A DNA stretch of 43,980 nt from the NCBI GenBank assembly GCA_024278235.1, contig JAJRTO010000216.1:1-43980 (forward strand), written 5' to 3'. The translations under genes were made by a program, and so were the position numbers. The stretch comes from Candidatus Poribacteria bacterium (GTDB lineage: Bacteria > Poribacteria > WGA-4E > JAJRTO01). Positions 35,268-43,980 of this stretch are shown here, piece by piece. The notes below the pieces were generated by a model. The model saw only the letters and a program-made list of their open reading frames with translations, was not told the DNA's origin and did no database searches. Every line of letters starts with the position of its first letter. The stretch's first letter is position 1.

Positions 35268-36230
35268 ATGATACGCATTTCGGTTTGGGGGCGCGCGCTC
35301 TCAGATAGCTATCTAAAGCAGATGACTCAACTGGGCGCGGATTGTCTCGATTTCAACAGCGGAACAGCTTTTCCCGGCATGAAAGAGCAGGGGTATCCGG
35401 ATCTGGATGAGCTGCTCAGAATCAAGAAGCGCGTTCGATCCTGGGGCCTTGACATGAATCGAGTAACTCTTCCTGACATCACTGAGAAGTTCATGAAAGA
35501 TCAACCGGGGGGCGAACAGGAATTAGAGAACACATGTCATGCCTTGAGAGTCTTTGGCGAGGCGGGCATCCCGATCGCCCGGCAGCGATTCGCGGGGGAT
35601 GTGTTCCCAGATCTCATGACCAGATACCGTGCGGTGCATCGAGGAGGTTATCTCTCACGTGGAGAAAGCCTCGCACTGACAGAGAAGAGATCGGAGACGC
35701 CCACACTGGAAGAACTGGAAACCTGGTGGAGCCGTTTCTGCGACGTGTATCGACAACTGGTTCCCATTGCGGAAGAATACGACGTGAAGCTGGCGATCCA
35801 TCCATCCGACACGCCGAATGCCGATACGCCGCTCGGATGCCTGGGATTCCATCGGGTTATCGATGCGTTCCCCAGCAAGAACGTGGGATACCTTTATTGC
35901 ATCGGGACACGAGCTGAGGTCGGAGGAAGCGCGCTTGTACTTGATGAAATCAACAACTATGGGCGCAAAGGTCGGATCTTCATGTGCCACTTCCGGAACG
36001 TGCGGGGGAGTCTCGCCACTGCACAGGCTTTCGAAGAAACCCTCCTAGACGATGGGGATATGAATATGTTCAAGATCCTTCTGGAACTCAGGAGAATAGG
36101 GTTCGACGGTTGCCTGAACCCAGACCATATTCAACCCATCGAAGGCGACAGCCCCGGTGTCAGTCTCGGACTCGCCTACTCGATTGGATACATCAAGGCG
36201 TTACTGGCAGCATTGGCAGCCCTGCCATAA
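35268..36230 (+). CDS. Mannonate dehydratase (UxuA)-like / xylose-isomerase-fold TIM-barrel protein
   Basis: LAIHPSD, MCHFRNVRG ... FEETLLDDGDMNMFKILLEL ... NPDHIQP resembles the UxuA C-terminal signature. The ATG directly follows the upstream TAA. Confidence 0.55.
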   Translation: MIRISVWGRALSDSYLKQMTQLGADCLDFNSGTAFPGMKEQGYPDLDELLRIKKRVRSWGLDMNRVTLPDITEKFMKDQPGGEQELENTCHALRVFGEAGIPIARQRFAGDVFPDLMTRYRAVHRGGYLSRGESLALTEKRSETPTLEELETWWSRFCDVYRQLVPIAEEYDVKLAIHPSDTPNADTPLGCLGFHRVIDAFPSKNVGYLYCIGTRAEVGGSALVLDEINNYGRKGRIFMCHFRNVRGSLATAQAFEETLLDDGDMNMFKILLELRRIGFDGCLNPDHIQPIEGDSPGVSLGLAYSIGYIKALLAALAALP

Positions 36231-36252
36231 TCAAGGATTGGATTCATTCGAT

Positions 36253-39200
36253 ATGATCGTATCTTCTACAGTCTTTACATTTATCTCTGTCGGACTTGTC
36301 GCCGCTTTGGGATCGGCCATCCCGGATTGGACAAGCGAGATCACTGCTATTGACGCCCAATCCCGCTCCCAGGGGATGGAGGTTACCTGGGGACTTGATC
36401 TCATCCGCAGCATCGTTCACGATGGGCGAAATAGAGTTGTACCGGCCAGCGAGTGTGAACTACACGGCTTCCGCGATGACACCCGTAGCGAATACAAAGA
36501 GCGTTCTGCCGTGCGCACAGAACCCGGCGGCCGCATTACCTTGACGGCTCCCAGTGCGGGCAACGCCTACCTCGCTTTTGTGCTCTATGATACCAGCGGC
36601 GCAGAAAAAGTGGGTGTGTACATCGACGGTGTGCGTCAAGGGATTGCGGTGGCGAATGTAGATAACAATCGTGATCACGTGTTCACCCTTACTGATGCTC
36701 ATCTGTTTCAAGGGGGAGAAACGATCACCTTACAGACGGGCACAGGTAGAGGAGCATATCGCATTGAGAAAATCCTGTTCTTGCACGAAAAACCGTTGGT
36801 GAGAGAACGCTCCTATGCGATCACGGAAACGCATGCAGAGCCGCTGTTCACCGCTGATGGAAGTGTCCGAGCACGCATTACCTGGATCAGTTCCTGGCCC
36901 ATATGGACGCGGGTGGAATATGGTGAGAGCAAGGAATACGGTCAGATCGCCGAAAACCGTGTCGCTGCTCCTCAGAACAATCATCGGGTCATCCTGGATG
37001 ATCTGGATCGAGACAAAGCCTATCACTACCGCATCACAGCAGAAGCTCCTGATGGCACACTCATCCAGACACCCGATCTGACCTTCCATACCACACCGCG
37101 CTCCCTCTCCGGAGGAAAGGCAGCCCACGAAACGGTGCCATTGACGCTCGACAATCCGATTCCCTATCCGCGTCAAGCATGGCCCGTTACCTCTGGTATC
37201 CCATTCCCACAGGGTGATGTCACCTCAATCGAACACATCCGCATTCTGAGCCCTGCTGGTGAGGAGGTGTCGAGCCAGATCACCACACTCACCGAATGGC
37301 CGGACGGTAGCATCAAATGGGCACTACTCGATTTTCAGGCGGACGTGCCAGCTCAGAGCAAAGCAGTCTACATGCTGGAATATGGCATCAAGGTTCGACG
37401 TACGACCTCTGCTTCGTCGCTGCACGTCGTGGATATGGGAGATTCCGTAAAGGTGGATACGGGGGCTTTGCGGCTCAGCATCCATCGTGATCGACCGTTC
37501 AGTCCCCTGCAAATCGAACTCACCTCGACGGATGGTACCGTCTATACGAGTCTGAGTCCACCGGATCAGGTTGAAATTGAAGAACTGGGCTCAATGCGTG
37601 CGGTCATCCGTGTGGACGGAACCCATAGAAGCGAGACAGGGGACAACCTGTTCACCTATACGGTGCGCATCCACGCCTACGCGGGCAAACCTTACGTGCG
37701 GGTGTTTTACACCTTCGGCAACGACCACTTTGCGGCTGAATTCACATCCATCAAGTCACTCCGCCTGAGGTTCCCGGTGGAAGGGCTTCTGAGCCCAACC
37801 ACAGGTAGCCCCCTCACATATGCTTTTGGTGGCGAAGAGGGAGCGGATGAAACGTTGACGGGGACTCTTCCCCCGGGAGAAAGGATCGAACTATCTCAAC
37901 CCTTCGATGATAGCTACACGCTGGGCGAGATCAGCGGCAAACGCGCTGCGGGATGGCTCGATGTGAGCGATAGAACGCGAGGGATCACTGCGGCCGTACG
38001 CCACTTTTGGCAGCAGTATCCGAAAAGTCTGGCTGTGGATGCCAACGCGCTGGAAATCGGTATCTGCCCACCTTTCACAGAGGATCTGTACGCGGGATTT
38101 GAGCCGCAAACACAGGACAAACTCTACTATTATCTACAAAATGGAAAGTACAAATTCAAGCTGGGTGTGACCAAACGCCACGAACTGTTCTTCTATATCC
38201 ACGAGGGAGATGCAAAGATCGCCCAAGTTGCAGCACATGTTACTGCGTTCCAGGAACCATTGCTGGCGATTGCGCCACCCGCATGGTACTGCGATAGCGA
38301 AGCATTTGGTGATTTGAAACCGAGGGAAACTTCAGCGTTCCCCGAATACGATACGATGATGGAGCGGAGCCTGGAAAGCTACCTGGCTGACAGAGAACGT
38401 GGCAGAGAATACGGCATGCTCAACTTTGGCGACTGGTATGGCGAGCGACGGTACAACTGGGGGAACATCGAGTATGACACCCAACACGCGCTCTTCCTGC
38501 AATACATCCGCACAGGAGATCGGCGATTCTTCATCCCTGGCGAATGGGCGGCCCGACATAATATGGACGTGGATACGGTACACTTCCATGATAAACCGTT
38601 CCGTGTGGGAGGACAGTACACCCATTGTATGGGACACGTCGGTGGTTATGATTGGGTAGGGCCGACGGCGATCCCACGGGGCGGTTTCAGCGTGAGTCAC
38701 TCATGGGTGGAGGGGCTCCTCGACTATTACTGCCTGACGGGGGACCGTCGTGCCGTGGAGACCGCACAGCTCATTGCAGATCTGTACAACACGCGCGATC
38801 TGCGCAACTACGATTTCACCAACTGCCGCATCCCCGGCTGGCATCTCATCATGACGATGGCGATGTTCAACGCTACGAACGACCGGTACTATCTGAACGC
38901 CGCGAAAATCATCGTCGAGCGCGTACTGGAGCGACAGACACCCGTTGAACCTCCCATAGAAGGCGGGAGGCTCAACGGTGGCTGGACACGTATGCTCGTA
39001 CCCGGGCACTGTTACTGTGATCCACCACGCCATATTGGCAATGCGGGCTTCATGGTGGGTATTCTGCTTGCGGGGCTGAAAGCGTTCCATCAGGTGACGG
39101 GGGATAAAGCGGTAGAGCAAACCATCATCCGGGGTGCTGATTATCTCATCCGCGATGTGTGGGAGCCGGACATCAACGGCTTCCGCTACACCTCCTGCCC

Positions 39201-39408
39201 TCATTCGAGCAAAGGCACAGGAAACATCCGCAAGCTGCTGGGAATCGCATACGCGTATCGACTCACAGGAGACGAATACTTTGGCGAGATCGCCCGGCGT
39301 GGCACAGAGACAGGCATCCGAAGTCTCAGCGGTTCCGGCAAAGGTCTCTCTGCCCATGCTCGTTTCGCACCCTTTGTACTGCATGACGTGCAGGCCGGCA
39401 ATAGATAA
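36253..39408 (+). CDS. Large secreted protein: Fn3-like domain + PL26/exo-rhamnogalacturonan-lyase-like beta domain + (alpha/alpha)-toroid-like C-terminus (function tentative)
   Basis: Signal/anchor MIVSSTVFTFISVGLVAALG. Fn3-like WTRVEYGESKEYG ... HRVILDDLDRDKAYHYRI. WPVTSGIPFPQGDV ... LTEWPDGSIKWALLDFQ resembles the RIFT-barrel lyase family. The CDS is very likely real (~0.85), but the function call (~0.35) rests on recollection of motifs. Confidence 0.6.
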   Translation: MIVSSTVFTFISVGLVAALGSAIPDWTSEITAIDAQSRSQGMEVTWGLDLIRSIVHDGRNRVVPASECELHGFRDDTRSEYKERSAVRTEPGGRITLTAPSAGNAYLAFVLYDTSGAEKVGVYIDGVRQGIAVANVDNNRDHVFTLTDAHLFQGGETITLQTGTGRGAYRIEKILFLHEKPLVRERSYAITETHAEPLFTADGSVRARITWISSWPIWTRVEYGESKEYGQIAENRVAAPQNNHRVILDDLDRDKAYHYRITAEAPDGTLIQTPDLTFHTTPRSLSGGKAAHETVPLTLDNPIPYPRQAWPVTSGIPFPQGDVTSIEHIRILSPAGEEVSSQITTLTEWPDGSIKWALLDFQADVPAQSKAVYMLEYGIKVRRTTSASSLHVVDMGDSVKVDTGALRLSIHRDRPFSPLQIELTSTDGTVYTSLSPPDQVEIEELGSMRAVIRVDGTHRSETGDNLFTYTVRIHAYAGKPYVRVFYTFGNDHFAAEFTSIKSLRLRFPVEGLLSPTTGSPLTYAFGGEEGADETLTGTLPPGERIELSQPFDDSYTLGEISGKRAAGWLDVSDRTRGITAAVRHFWQQYPKSLAVDANALEIGICPPFTEDLYAGFEPQTQDKLYYYLQNGKYKFKLGVTKRHELFFYIHEGDAKIAQVAAHVTAFQEPLLAIAPPAWYCDSEAFGDLKPRETSAFPEYDTMMERSLESYLADRERGREYGMLNFGDWYGERRYNWGNIEYDTQHALFLQYIRTGDRRFFIPGEWAARHNMDVDTVHFHDKPFRVGGQYTHCMGHVGGYDWVGPTAIPRGGFSVSHSWVEGLLDYYCLTGDRRAVETAQLIADLYNTRDLRNYDFTNCRIPGWHLIMTMAMFNATNDRYYLNAAKIIVERVLERQTPVEPPIEGGRLNGGWTRMLVPGHCYCDPPRHIGNAGFMVGILLAGLKAFHQVTGDKAVEQTIIRGADYLIRDVWEPDINGFRYTSCPHSSKGTGNIRKLLGIAYAYRLTGDEYFGEIARRGTETGIRSLSGSGKGLSAHARFAPFVLHDVQAGNR

Positions 39409-39412
39409 GCAA

Positions 39413-39544
39413 GTTTCACGTGAAAACGTTCCTGGTTCTAACGGACTTTGTGGTGGGGCGTAAACCCGCACCAACAGTGGGGTTATGGGAACACGGATCT
39501 TCGCCTAAGCCCTCCGAAATCAGGCGCGTTTCAACTTGAAAACG
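39413..39544. promoter_or_regulatory. Two copies of an inverted-repeat motif GTTTCA-N2/3-TGAAAACG (39413..39428 and 39528..39544)
   Basis: GTTTCAcgTGAAAACG and GTTTCAactTGAAAACG, read directly in the non-coding gap. Confidence 0.4.
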
Positions 39545-39826
39545 GATGTTGCATGCTGAAACAACTCCAGGTTAGCCCTGATTCCATGCGGGCCCCCCAG
39601 CGTTCAGGATGAACCACGGCAACGCTAACGTGATTCTCTAAACATGATGAACGCATTTTCTATCCGTAGGGGCAATGGGCTTGGTTCCTTGTCCCCTAAA
39701 CCACAAAAAACCGTTAGAAGCAGCAACATCGCTGCCGCATACAGAAGGTTCGCAGCAAACCCATACAACGCCATTCAACTCATCCTCCACGAGAACTAAA
39801 TGGCCCTGTTATGGATTAGGAAACGA

Positions 39827-39855
39827 TTGACATCTGTGATTCTACATGCTATATT
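39827..39855 (+). promoter_or_regulatory. Near-perfect promoter TTGACA-17-TATATT with TGn extended -10
   Basis: gaTTGACAtctgtgattctacatgcTATATTcat. About 80 nt upstream of the ATG at 39936, which has the SD GGGAGGA. Confidence 0.6.
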
Positions 39856-39935
39856 CATCAGGTGATATCACTGAAAGGAGAGTGCGTCAATATACCTCCC
39901 CTGCTCCACAACCGGCTGGGAGGAACCTTGACGAT

Positions 39936-40340
39936 ATGGCCATGGATGAGAAAGCTACTTATGCTGCACAGAGCGGCGGGTACATTGTAAACGCCTCAGA
40001 AATCCAGTCTTGTGAAATCGATGGCCCTTTTGCCTGCCAAGAGGATGAAAGTGGCTGGCAGATCACCATGCAGGCATCGGGCCGCATTTCTCTCAATTTT
40101 CGTGCTAATATGCGGAAACTCGATTTTCCACTTCTCGAAGGAGATCGCATTATCCGGGGATCAACAGATATTCTGGTTATACGTACTCACCCTATTGAAA
40201 GCTATCGTTCAGTTCGTTCAAGTGCCTCCCACAGCCAGAGTACGGGTTCTCCACTTGCACGCAGAAGTACGACTCAGATGGGTTCTCCCCTTGCCTCAGA
40301 CGTTGAGCAAATTGTAGAAAATGCGGAGAGAAAGAACTAG
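39936..40340 (+). CDS. Hypothetical protein (134 aa) with Ser-rich tail
   Basis: The ATG at 39936 lies downstream of the predicted promoter. The track start at 39846 would lie between the -35 and -10 elements. No recognisable motif. Confidence 0.55.
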   Translation: MAMDEKATYAAQSGGYIVNASEIQSCEIDGPFACQEDESGWQITMQASGRISLNFRANMRKLDFPLLEGDRIIRGSTDILVIRTHPIESYRSVRSSASHSQSTGSPLARRSTTQMGSPLASDVEQIVENAERKN

Positions 40341-40349
40341 AGCTGTTCA

Positions 40350-40874
40350 GTGCAGAGAGGATTAGGAACCGTGTCCATTCTGGAACGGATTTACAGCGTT
40401 ATATTGAGTTTACGTGGAGGTGGCATTGTTCCCATATCCCTGCGGCTGAGCCAGGACACTTGCTACCAACTGCTGGAGGAGGAAACCTTGATTCCAGACT
40501 CACCGGAGGGCTTTGCACGAGTATTAGAGGAAATGATCGGCCTGGACATTGAGATCGTTGAAGAGCACACAGATGTGATCGTGGCCAAGGAGATTTTCCC
40601 AGATCGATGCCCAACCTGCGGCGAAAACGTGGCTGCAGCATCTGTGCTCCTCCGGAGAACTCAACAGCAAGGATATATCCGCTGCTCAAATGGGCACACT
40701 TATAAGCCTGAGGTGCGAATCCTTTATCTGAATATCTTCCAGAAACCTTCTGACGATATGCGGAACAGCCATCTGGAAGTATGTCCTCAATGCAACAGTA
40801 AGAATCTCCAGTATCTCCGTGATACGGATGCATTCTGCCTGGATTGTGAGTGGTACAACATGAAACGCATGTGA
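40350..40874 (+). CDS. Hypothetical double zinc-ribbon protein
   Basis: CPTCGENV ... CSNGH and CPQCNSKN ... CLDCEW pairs. GTG start at 40350 or 40371. Ends 14 nt before aroA. Confidence 0.6.
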   Translation: MQRGLGTVSILERIYSVILSLRGGGIVPISLRLSQDTCYQLLEEETLIPDSPEGFARVLEEMIGLDIEIVEEHTDVIVAKEIFPDRCPTCGENVAAASVLLRRTQQQGYIRCSNGHTYKPEVRILYLNIFQKPSDDMRNSHLEVCPQCNSKNLQYLRDTDAFCLDCEWYNMKRM

Positions 40875-40888
40875 GGAAGGCCGTTCAT

Positions 40889-42148
40889 ATGCTCGAAATC
40901 CAACCGGTTGATCATCTGCAAGCGGTCGTAGAAATCCCTGGCTCCAAGAGCTATACGAACCGTGCTCTGTTGGTTGCGGCACTTGCAGATGGGATCAGCC
41001 CGTTGAAGCGTGTATTACACAGTGATGATACTCGGTATATGGCGGAGGGCCTGAAAGCTTATGGGGTACATTTAGAGTTTGAGGGCAATCGTGTCATCGT
41101 TCACGGAACAGGGGGACATCTCCGGGCCCCCAAAGAACCCATTTTCTTGGGGAACGCCGGTACAGCCATGCGTTTCCTTACCAGTTTCGCAGGGCTTGCC
41201 TCCGGTGAGACAGAACTCACCGGGGTTGAGCGGATGTATCAACGTCCCATCCAGGATTTGCTGGATGCACTTCAAGGGATTGGCGTGGCTGCACGTGCAA
41301 AGCACGACAACGGTTGTCCGCCGGTGCTCATCCCGGGCGGCGGAATTCGGGGAGGAACAACAAGATTACTTGGTTCGAATAGTAGCCAGTATTTGAGTTC
41401 GATCCTACTTTCAGCCCCCTATGCGGAACATGATGTTGCCATCCAGATCGAGGGTAAACTGACCTCCAAACCTTTCATTGATATCACACTGGACATCATG
41501 TCAGCCTTCGGTGTCCATGTGGGAAATGACGAATATCAGCGATTCACTGTGCCTGCCGGTCAGCGTTATCAACCTAGAGAATATACGATTGAAGCGGATG
41601 CATCCAATGCGAGTTATTTTTTTGCCGCAGCAGCCGTTACCGGCGGCAGTGTGGTCGTGCGCCCTATTTCTCCACATTCTGTGCAAGGGGATCTCTACCT
41701 GGTGGATCTGCTTGCACAGATGGGAGCTGTGGTGACTCGGGGCGATGATTGGATCCGGGTAGAAGGACGGACGCTCCGTGGAATTCAGGTCGACATGAAC
41801 GCCTTTCCTGATATGGTGCAGACGCTTGCCGTCGTCGCTGCATTCGCTGAGACGCCGACACATATCAATAATGTCGCCAATCTGCGGATCAAGGAAACAG
41901 ACCGACTGATGGCTACTGCCAGGGAACTGCGGAAGTTGGGCGCAAAGGTAGAAGAACGAGAAGATGGGCTGACGGTTCATCCTCGGCCATTGCATGGAGC
42001 CGAAATCGAAACGTATGATGACCACCGAATGGCAATGAGTTTTGCTGTTGCTGGATTAGTTGTCCCAGGAGTACAGATTTTGAATCCGGAATGCGTCTCC
42101 AAAACCTTTCCTGATTTCTTCGAACGCTTTACCTCCATGCAAAAGTGA
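40889..42148 (+). CDS. aroA: 3-phosphoshikimate 1-carboxyvinyltransferase (EPSP synthase)
   Basis: PGSKSYTNRALLVAALADG, LGNAGTAMRFL, KETDRL, DHRMAMSFAV. GAGGAAGG RBS 8 nt before the ATG at 40889. Confidence 0.95.
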   Translation: MLEIQPVDHLQAVVEIPGSKSYTNRALLVAALADGISPLKRVLHSDDTRYMAEGLKAYGVHLEFEGNRVIVHGTGGHLRAPKEPIFLGNAGTAMRFLTSFAGLASGETELTGVERMYQRPIQDLLDALQGIGVAARAKHDNGCPPVLIPGGGIRGGTTRLLGSNSSQYLSSILLSAPYAEHDVAIQIEGKLTSKPFIDITLDIMSAFGVHVGNDEYQRFTVPAGQRYQPREYTIEADASNASYFFAAAAVTGGSVVVRPISPHSVQGDLYLVDLLAQMGAVVTRGDDWIRVEGRTLRGIQVDMNAFPDMVQTLAVVAAFAETPTHINNVANLRIKETDRLMATARELRKLGAKVEEREDGLTVHPRPLHGAEIETYDDHRMAMSFAVAGLVVPGVQILNPECVSKTFPDFFERFTSMQK

Positions 42149-42265
42149 TTACTGACGGAGGTTGCACTCCTGTATACCAGTTGCGATTTGAAATGCCCAG
42201 GGCAGACACAGAGGTCTGCTCCTACTCGCGTATCACACTTCGTTTCCTGAGAGGGGGTAGGTTGC

Positions 42266-43305
42266 ATGAAACAAGAGCGGCTTGAGGTGCTCCTTGCACG
42301 CTTTCGTCAAGTGCGCATTGCTATCATTGGCGATTTCTTTCTTGATCTCTACCAATATATAGATCGCTCGTTGGATGAAGTCTCGATTGAGACGGGGAAA
42401 ACAGCTTATCAAATCACCCGGAAAACGGCTACCCCCGGAGCAGCGGGCACCATCGCTTCAAATCTATGGCGATTGGAGGCAGGAGAACTCTATGCAATCG
42501 GGGTCATTGGAGACGATGGGAATGGGTACGAGTTGCGAAAGGGTTTGAGAGAGCGTAACGTGAACCTGGATTATCTTGTTGTGACAGAGTCGAAGATGAC
42601 CCCAACCTATACGAAGCCGATGGGGTTTCAACCCAATCAACAGCCGGTTGAGATGAATCGGTTTGACATCAAGAATCGTGAACCGATGGGAGAGGCACTG
42701 GAATCGCAGATCATCGCTCATCTGAATCGATGTGCGAGCCATGTAGATGGCATCATTGTGGCGGATCAGGTGCAGGAGCGAAACGTCGGAGTGATCACAG
42801 ATCGGGTCCGCGAGGCCCTCGTACAGCTTGCTCAGCAACAACCCGACAAGTTGATCTGGGTGGATTCGCGAGAGCGCATCGGTGAATTCCGCTATATGAC
42901 CATCAAGCCAAATCGAGCAGAAGCATATCTGGCACTCCATCCTGATGAACAGCGTCCCCAGGAAGAGACGATCTCGATGGAACGAGCGATCAAATATGGT
43001 ACGCAGCTCTGTCGGCGAAACGAGGGTCCTGTCATGCTGACGGTCGGAGAAGACGGGGCTTTGGTGTTTGATCCGGCTGGCTATCAACACGTTCCTGGGT
43101 TCCCGGTGACGGGTCCAATAGACGTGGTGGGAGCCGGTGATAGCTTTCGGCTGGATGTGTGCTGGCACTTTGTGCTGGTGCCAACCTACAGGAAGCGGCA
43201 ACGTGTGGTGTCCTGGTGTCTTCCATCACGGTTCAGAAGATTGGCGAAACAGGTACGGCCTCCCATGAGGAAGTACTCAAACGAAATATTGAGTATGACG
43301 CGTAA
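42266..43305 (+). pseudogene. RfaE-domain-I/PfkB-like sugar kinase with a -1 frameshift just after the GAGDSF motif
   Basis: Frame 1 gives ...VVGAGDSF, then nonsense (RLDVCWHFVLVPTYRKRQ...). From 43150 another frame reads AGCVLALCAGANLQEAATCGVLVSSITVQKIGETGTASHEEVLKRNIEYDA*, stop at 43303..43305, which is the canonical PfkB C-terminus. One T appears to be missing from the TTT run at 43145..43147. Confidence 0.75.
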
Positions 43306-43503
43306 ACTTGGAGAACATCTTTGCACTTGCACCCCCATAACAGTTGTGATAAAATAGGATATATTTCAAGGGTCATGGTGCTTGAGCATTTCAGAGTTCA
43401 TCACGTTTTATCGTCAATGATCGACTCTTCATGAATATGATTTACCGTTCTGTGGGAGGGCACCGCAAACGGCTGAAAGCTATCAACAACCAGGGAGGTA
43501 CAC

Positions 43504-43980
43504 ATGGCCAAGAAAATCAATATTGGCATGATAGGCTATTCCTTTATGGGAAAAGCCCACAGTTTCGGTTATAGAAATGTGGGCATGTTCTACGACTTAG
43601 AAGCACTTCCTGTTATGAAGGCGATATGTGGACGTAAGGAGGATCAGGTCAAAGCGGCTGCTGAACGCTATGGCTGGGAGGGTTATGAAACCGACTGGCA
43701 GAAACTCGTTCAGCGTGATGACATTGATCTCGTAGATATCAATGCTCCCGGGAACTGGCATACAGAGATGGCGATTGGAGCCGCGGAAGCAGGCAAGGAT
43801 ATCTTCTGCGAAAAGCCTCTTGCAAACACCTTGGCGGACGCCAAGAAGATGCTCAAGGCGGTTCAGGAGGCCGGCGTCAAACATATGGTTGGCTTCAACT
43901 ACCGTACGGTTCCGGCGATTTGCCTTGCAAAGCGCCTTATCGATGAGGGCAAACTAGGAGAGATCTACCATTTCCGAGGG
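43504..43980 (+). CDS. Gfo/Idh/MocA family oxidoreductase, 3' end cut by window edge
   Basis: GGGAGG RBS. MAKKINIGMIGYSFMGKAHS ... DLVDINAPGNWH ... CEKPLA. Open to the last base, so it is absent from the ORF track. Confidence 0.85.
   Translation, partial: MAKKINIGMIGYSFMGKAHSFGYRNVGMFYDLEALPVMKAICGRKEDQVKAAAERYGWEGYETDWQKLVQRDDIDLVDINAPGNWHTEMAIGAAEAGKDIFCEKPLANTLADAKKMLKAVQEAGVKHMVGFNYRTVPAICLAKRLIDEGKLGEIYHFRG

Noticed and set aside
39644-39799. 51-aa ORF (MMNAFSIRRGNGLGSLSPKPQKTV...) in the non-coding gap
   Set aside because: No SD, no recognisable motif, and a composition typical of random sequence. Kept only as part of the gap finding.

Overview
44-kb stretch of a bacterial chromosome, roughly 50-55% GC by eye, with TTGACA/TATAAT-type promoters and AGGAGG-type ribosome-binding sites. 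It holds about 35 protein genes. I saw no rRNA, tRNA or CRISPR array. Left part (+ strand): a 5'-truncated tricorn-protease homolog, an orphan ABC ATPase, a Gfo/Idh/MocA oxidoreductase and an M23 peptidase. These are followed by a two-gene HsdS-like / minimal N6-adenine methyltransferase module with no nuclease, and a convergent TPR-Slt lytic transglycosylase. Centre (- strand, 20.3 to 10.8 kb): a tightly packed array behind a consensus promoter. In order it encodes a polytopic membrane protein, a 1010-aa double BcrAD/BadFG ATPase + DUF2229-like protein, an Rpn/YhgA-like PD-(D/E)xK nuclease, a 413-aa dehydratase-like protein, an acidic coiled-coil orphan and a secreted 8 x 53-aa repeat (propeller-like) protein. 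The 1010-aa and 413-aa proteins look like the two halves of a PlsA/PlsR/Ger-type BCR/HAD enzyme (candidate ether-lipid synthase). The Rpn gene sits between them and carries an internal SD+ATG for a nested DUF4351-only protein. Next come a 2-Cys peroxiredoxin and a long - strand housekeeping run: rpsA, metK, ahcY, a 68-aa membrane protein, homocysteine methyltransferase, a PfkB kinase, a PHP hydrolase and TauE (an activated-methyl-cycle cluster). iolD and a 58-aa Cys-rich ORF missing from the ORF track follow. Right part (+ strand): a membrane-anchored orphan, an M28 peptidase, a UxuA-like TIM barrel and a 1051-aa secreted polysaccharide-enzyme-like protein. Then a 0.5-kb non-coding gap with a near-perfect promoter, two orphan small genes, aroA, a frameshifted RfaE/PfkB-like kinase and a 3'-truncated Gfo/Idh/MocA gene. 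Most noteworthy are the nested-gene Rpn module inside the BCR/HAD operon and the split S/M methyltransferase. Also notable are a 26-nt exact repeat at two intergenic sites 23.4 kb apart, two decayed genes, and unusual rpsA leader and extension features. All calls come from reading the sequence and ORF translations; no database search or folding computation was possible.
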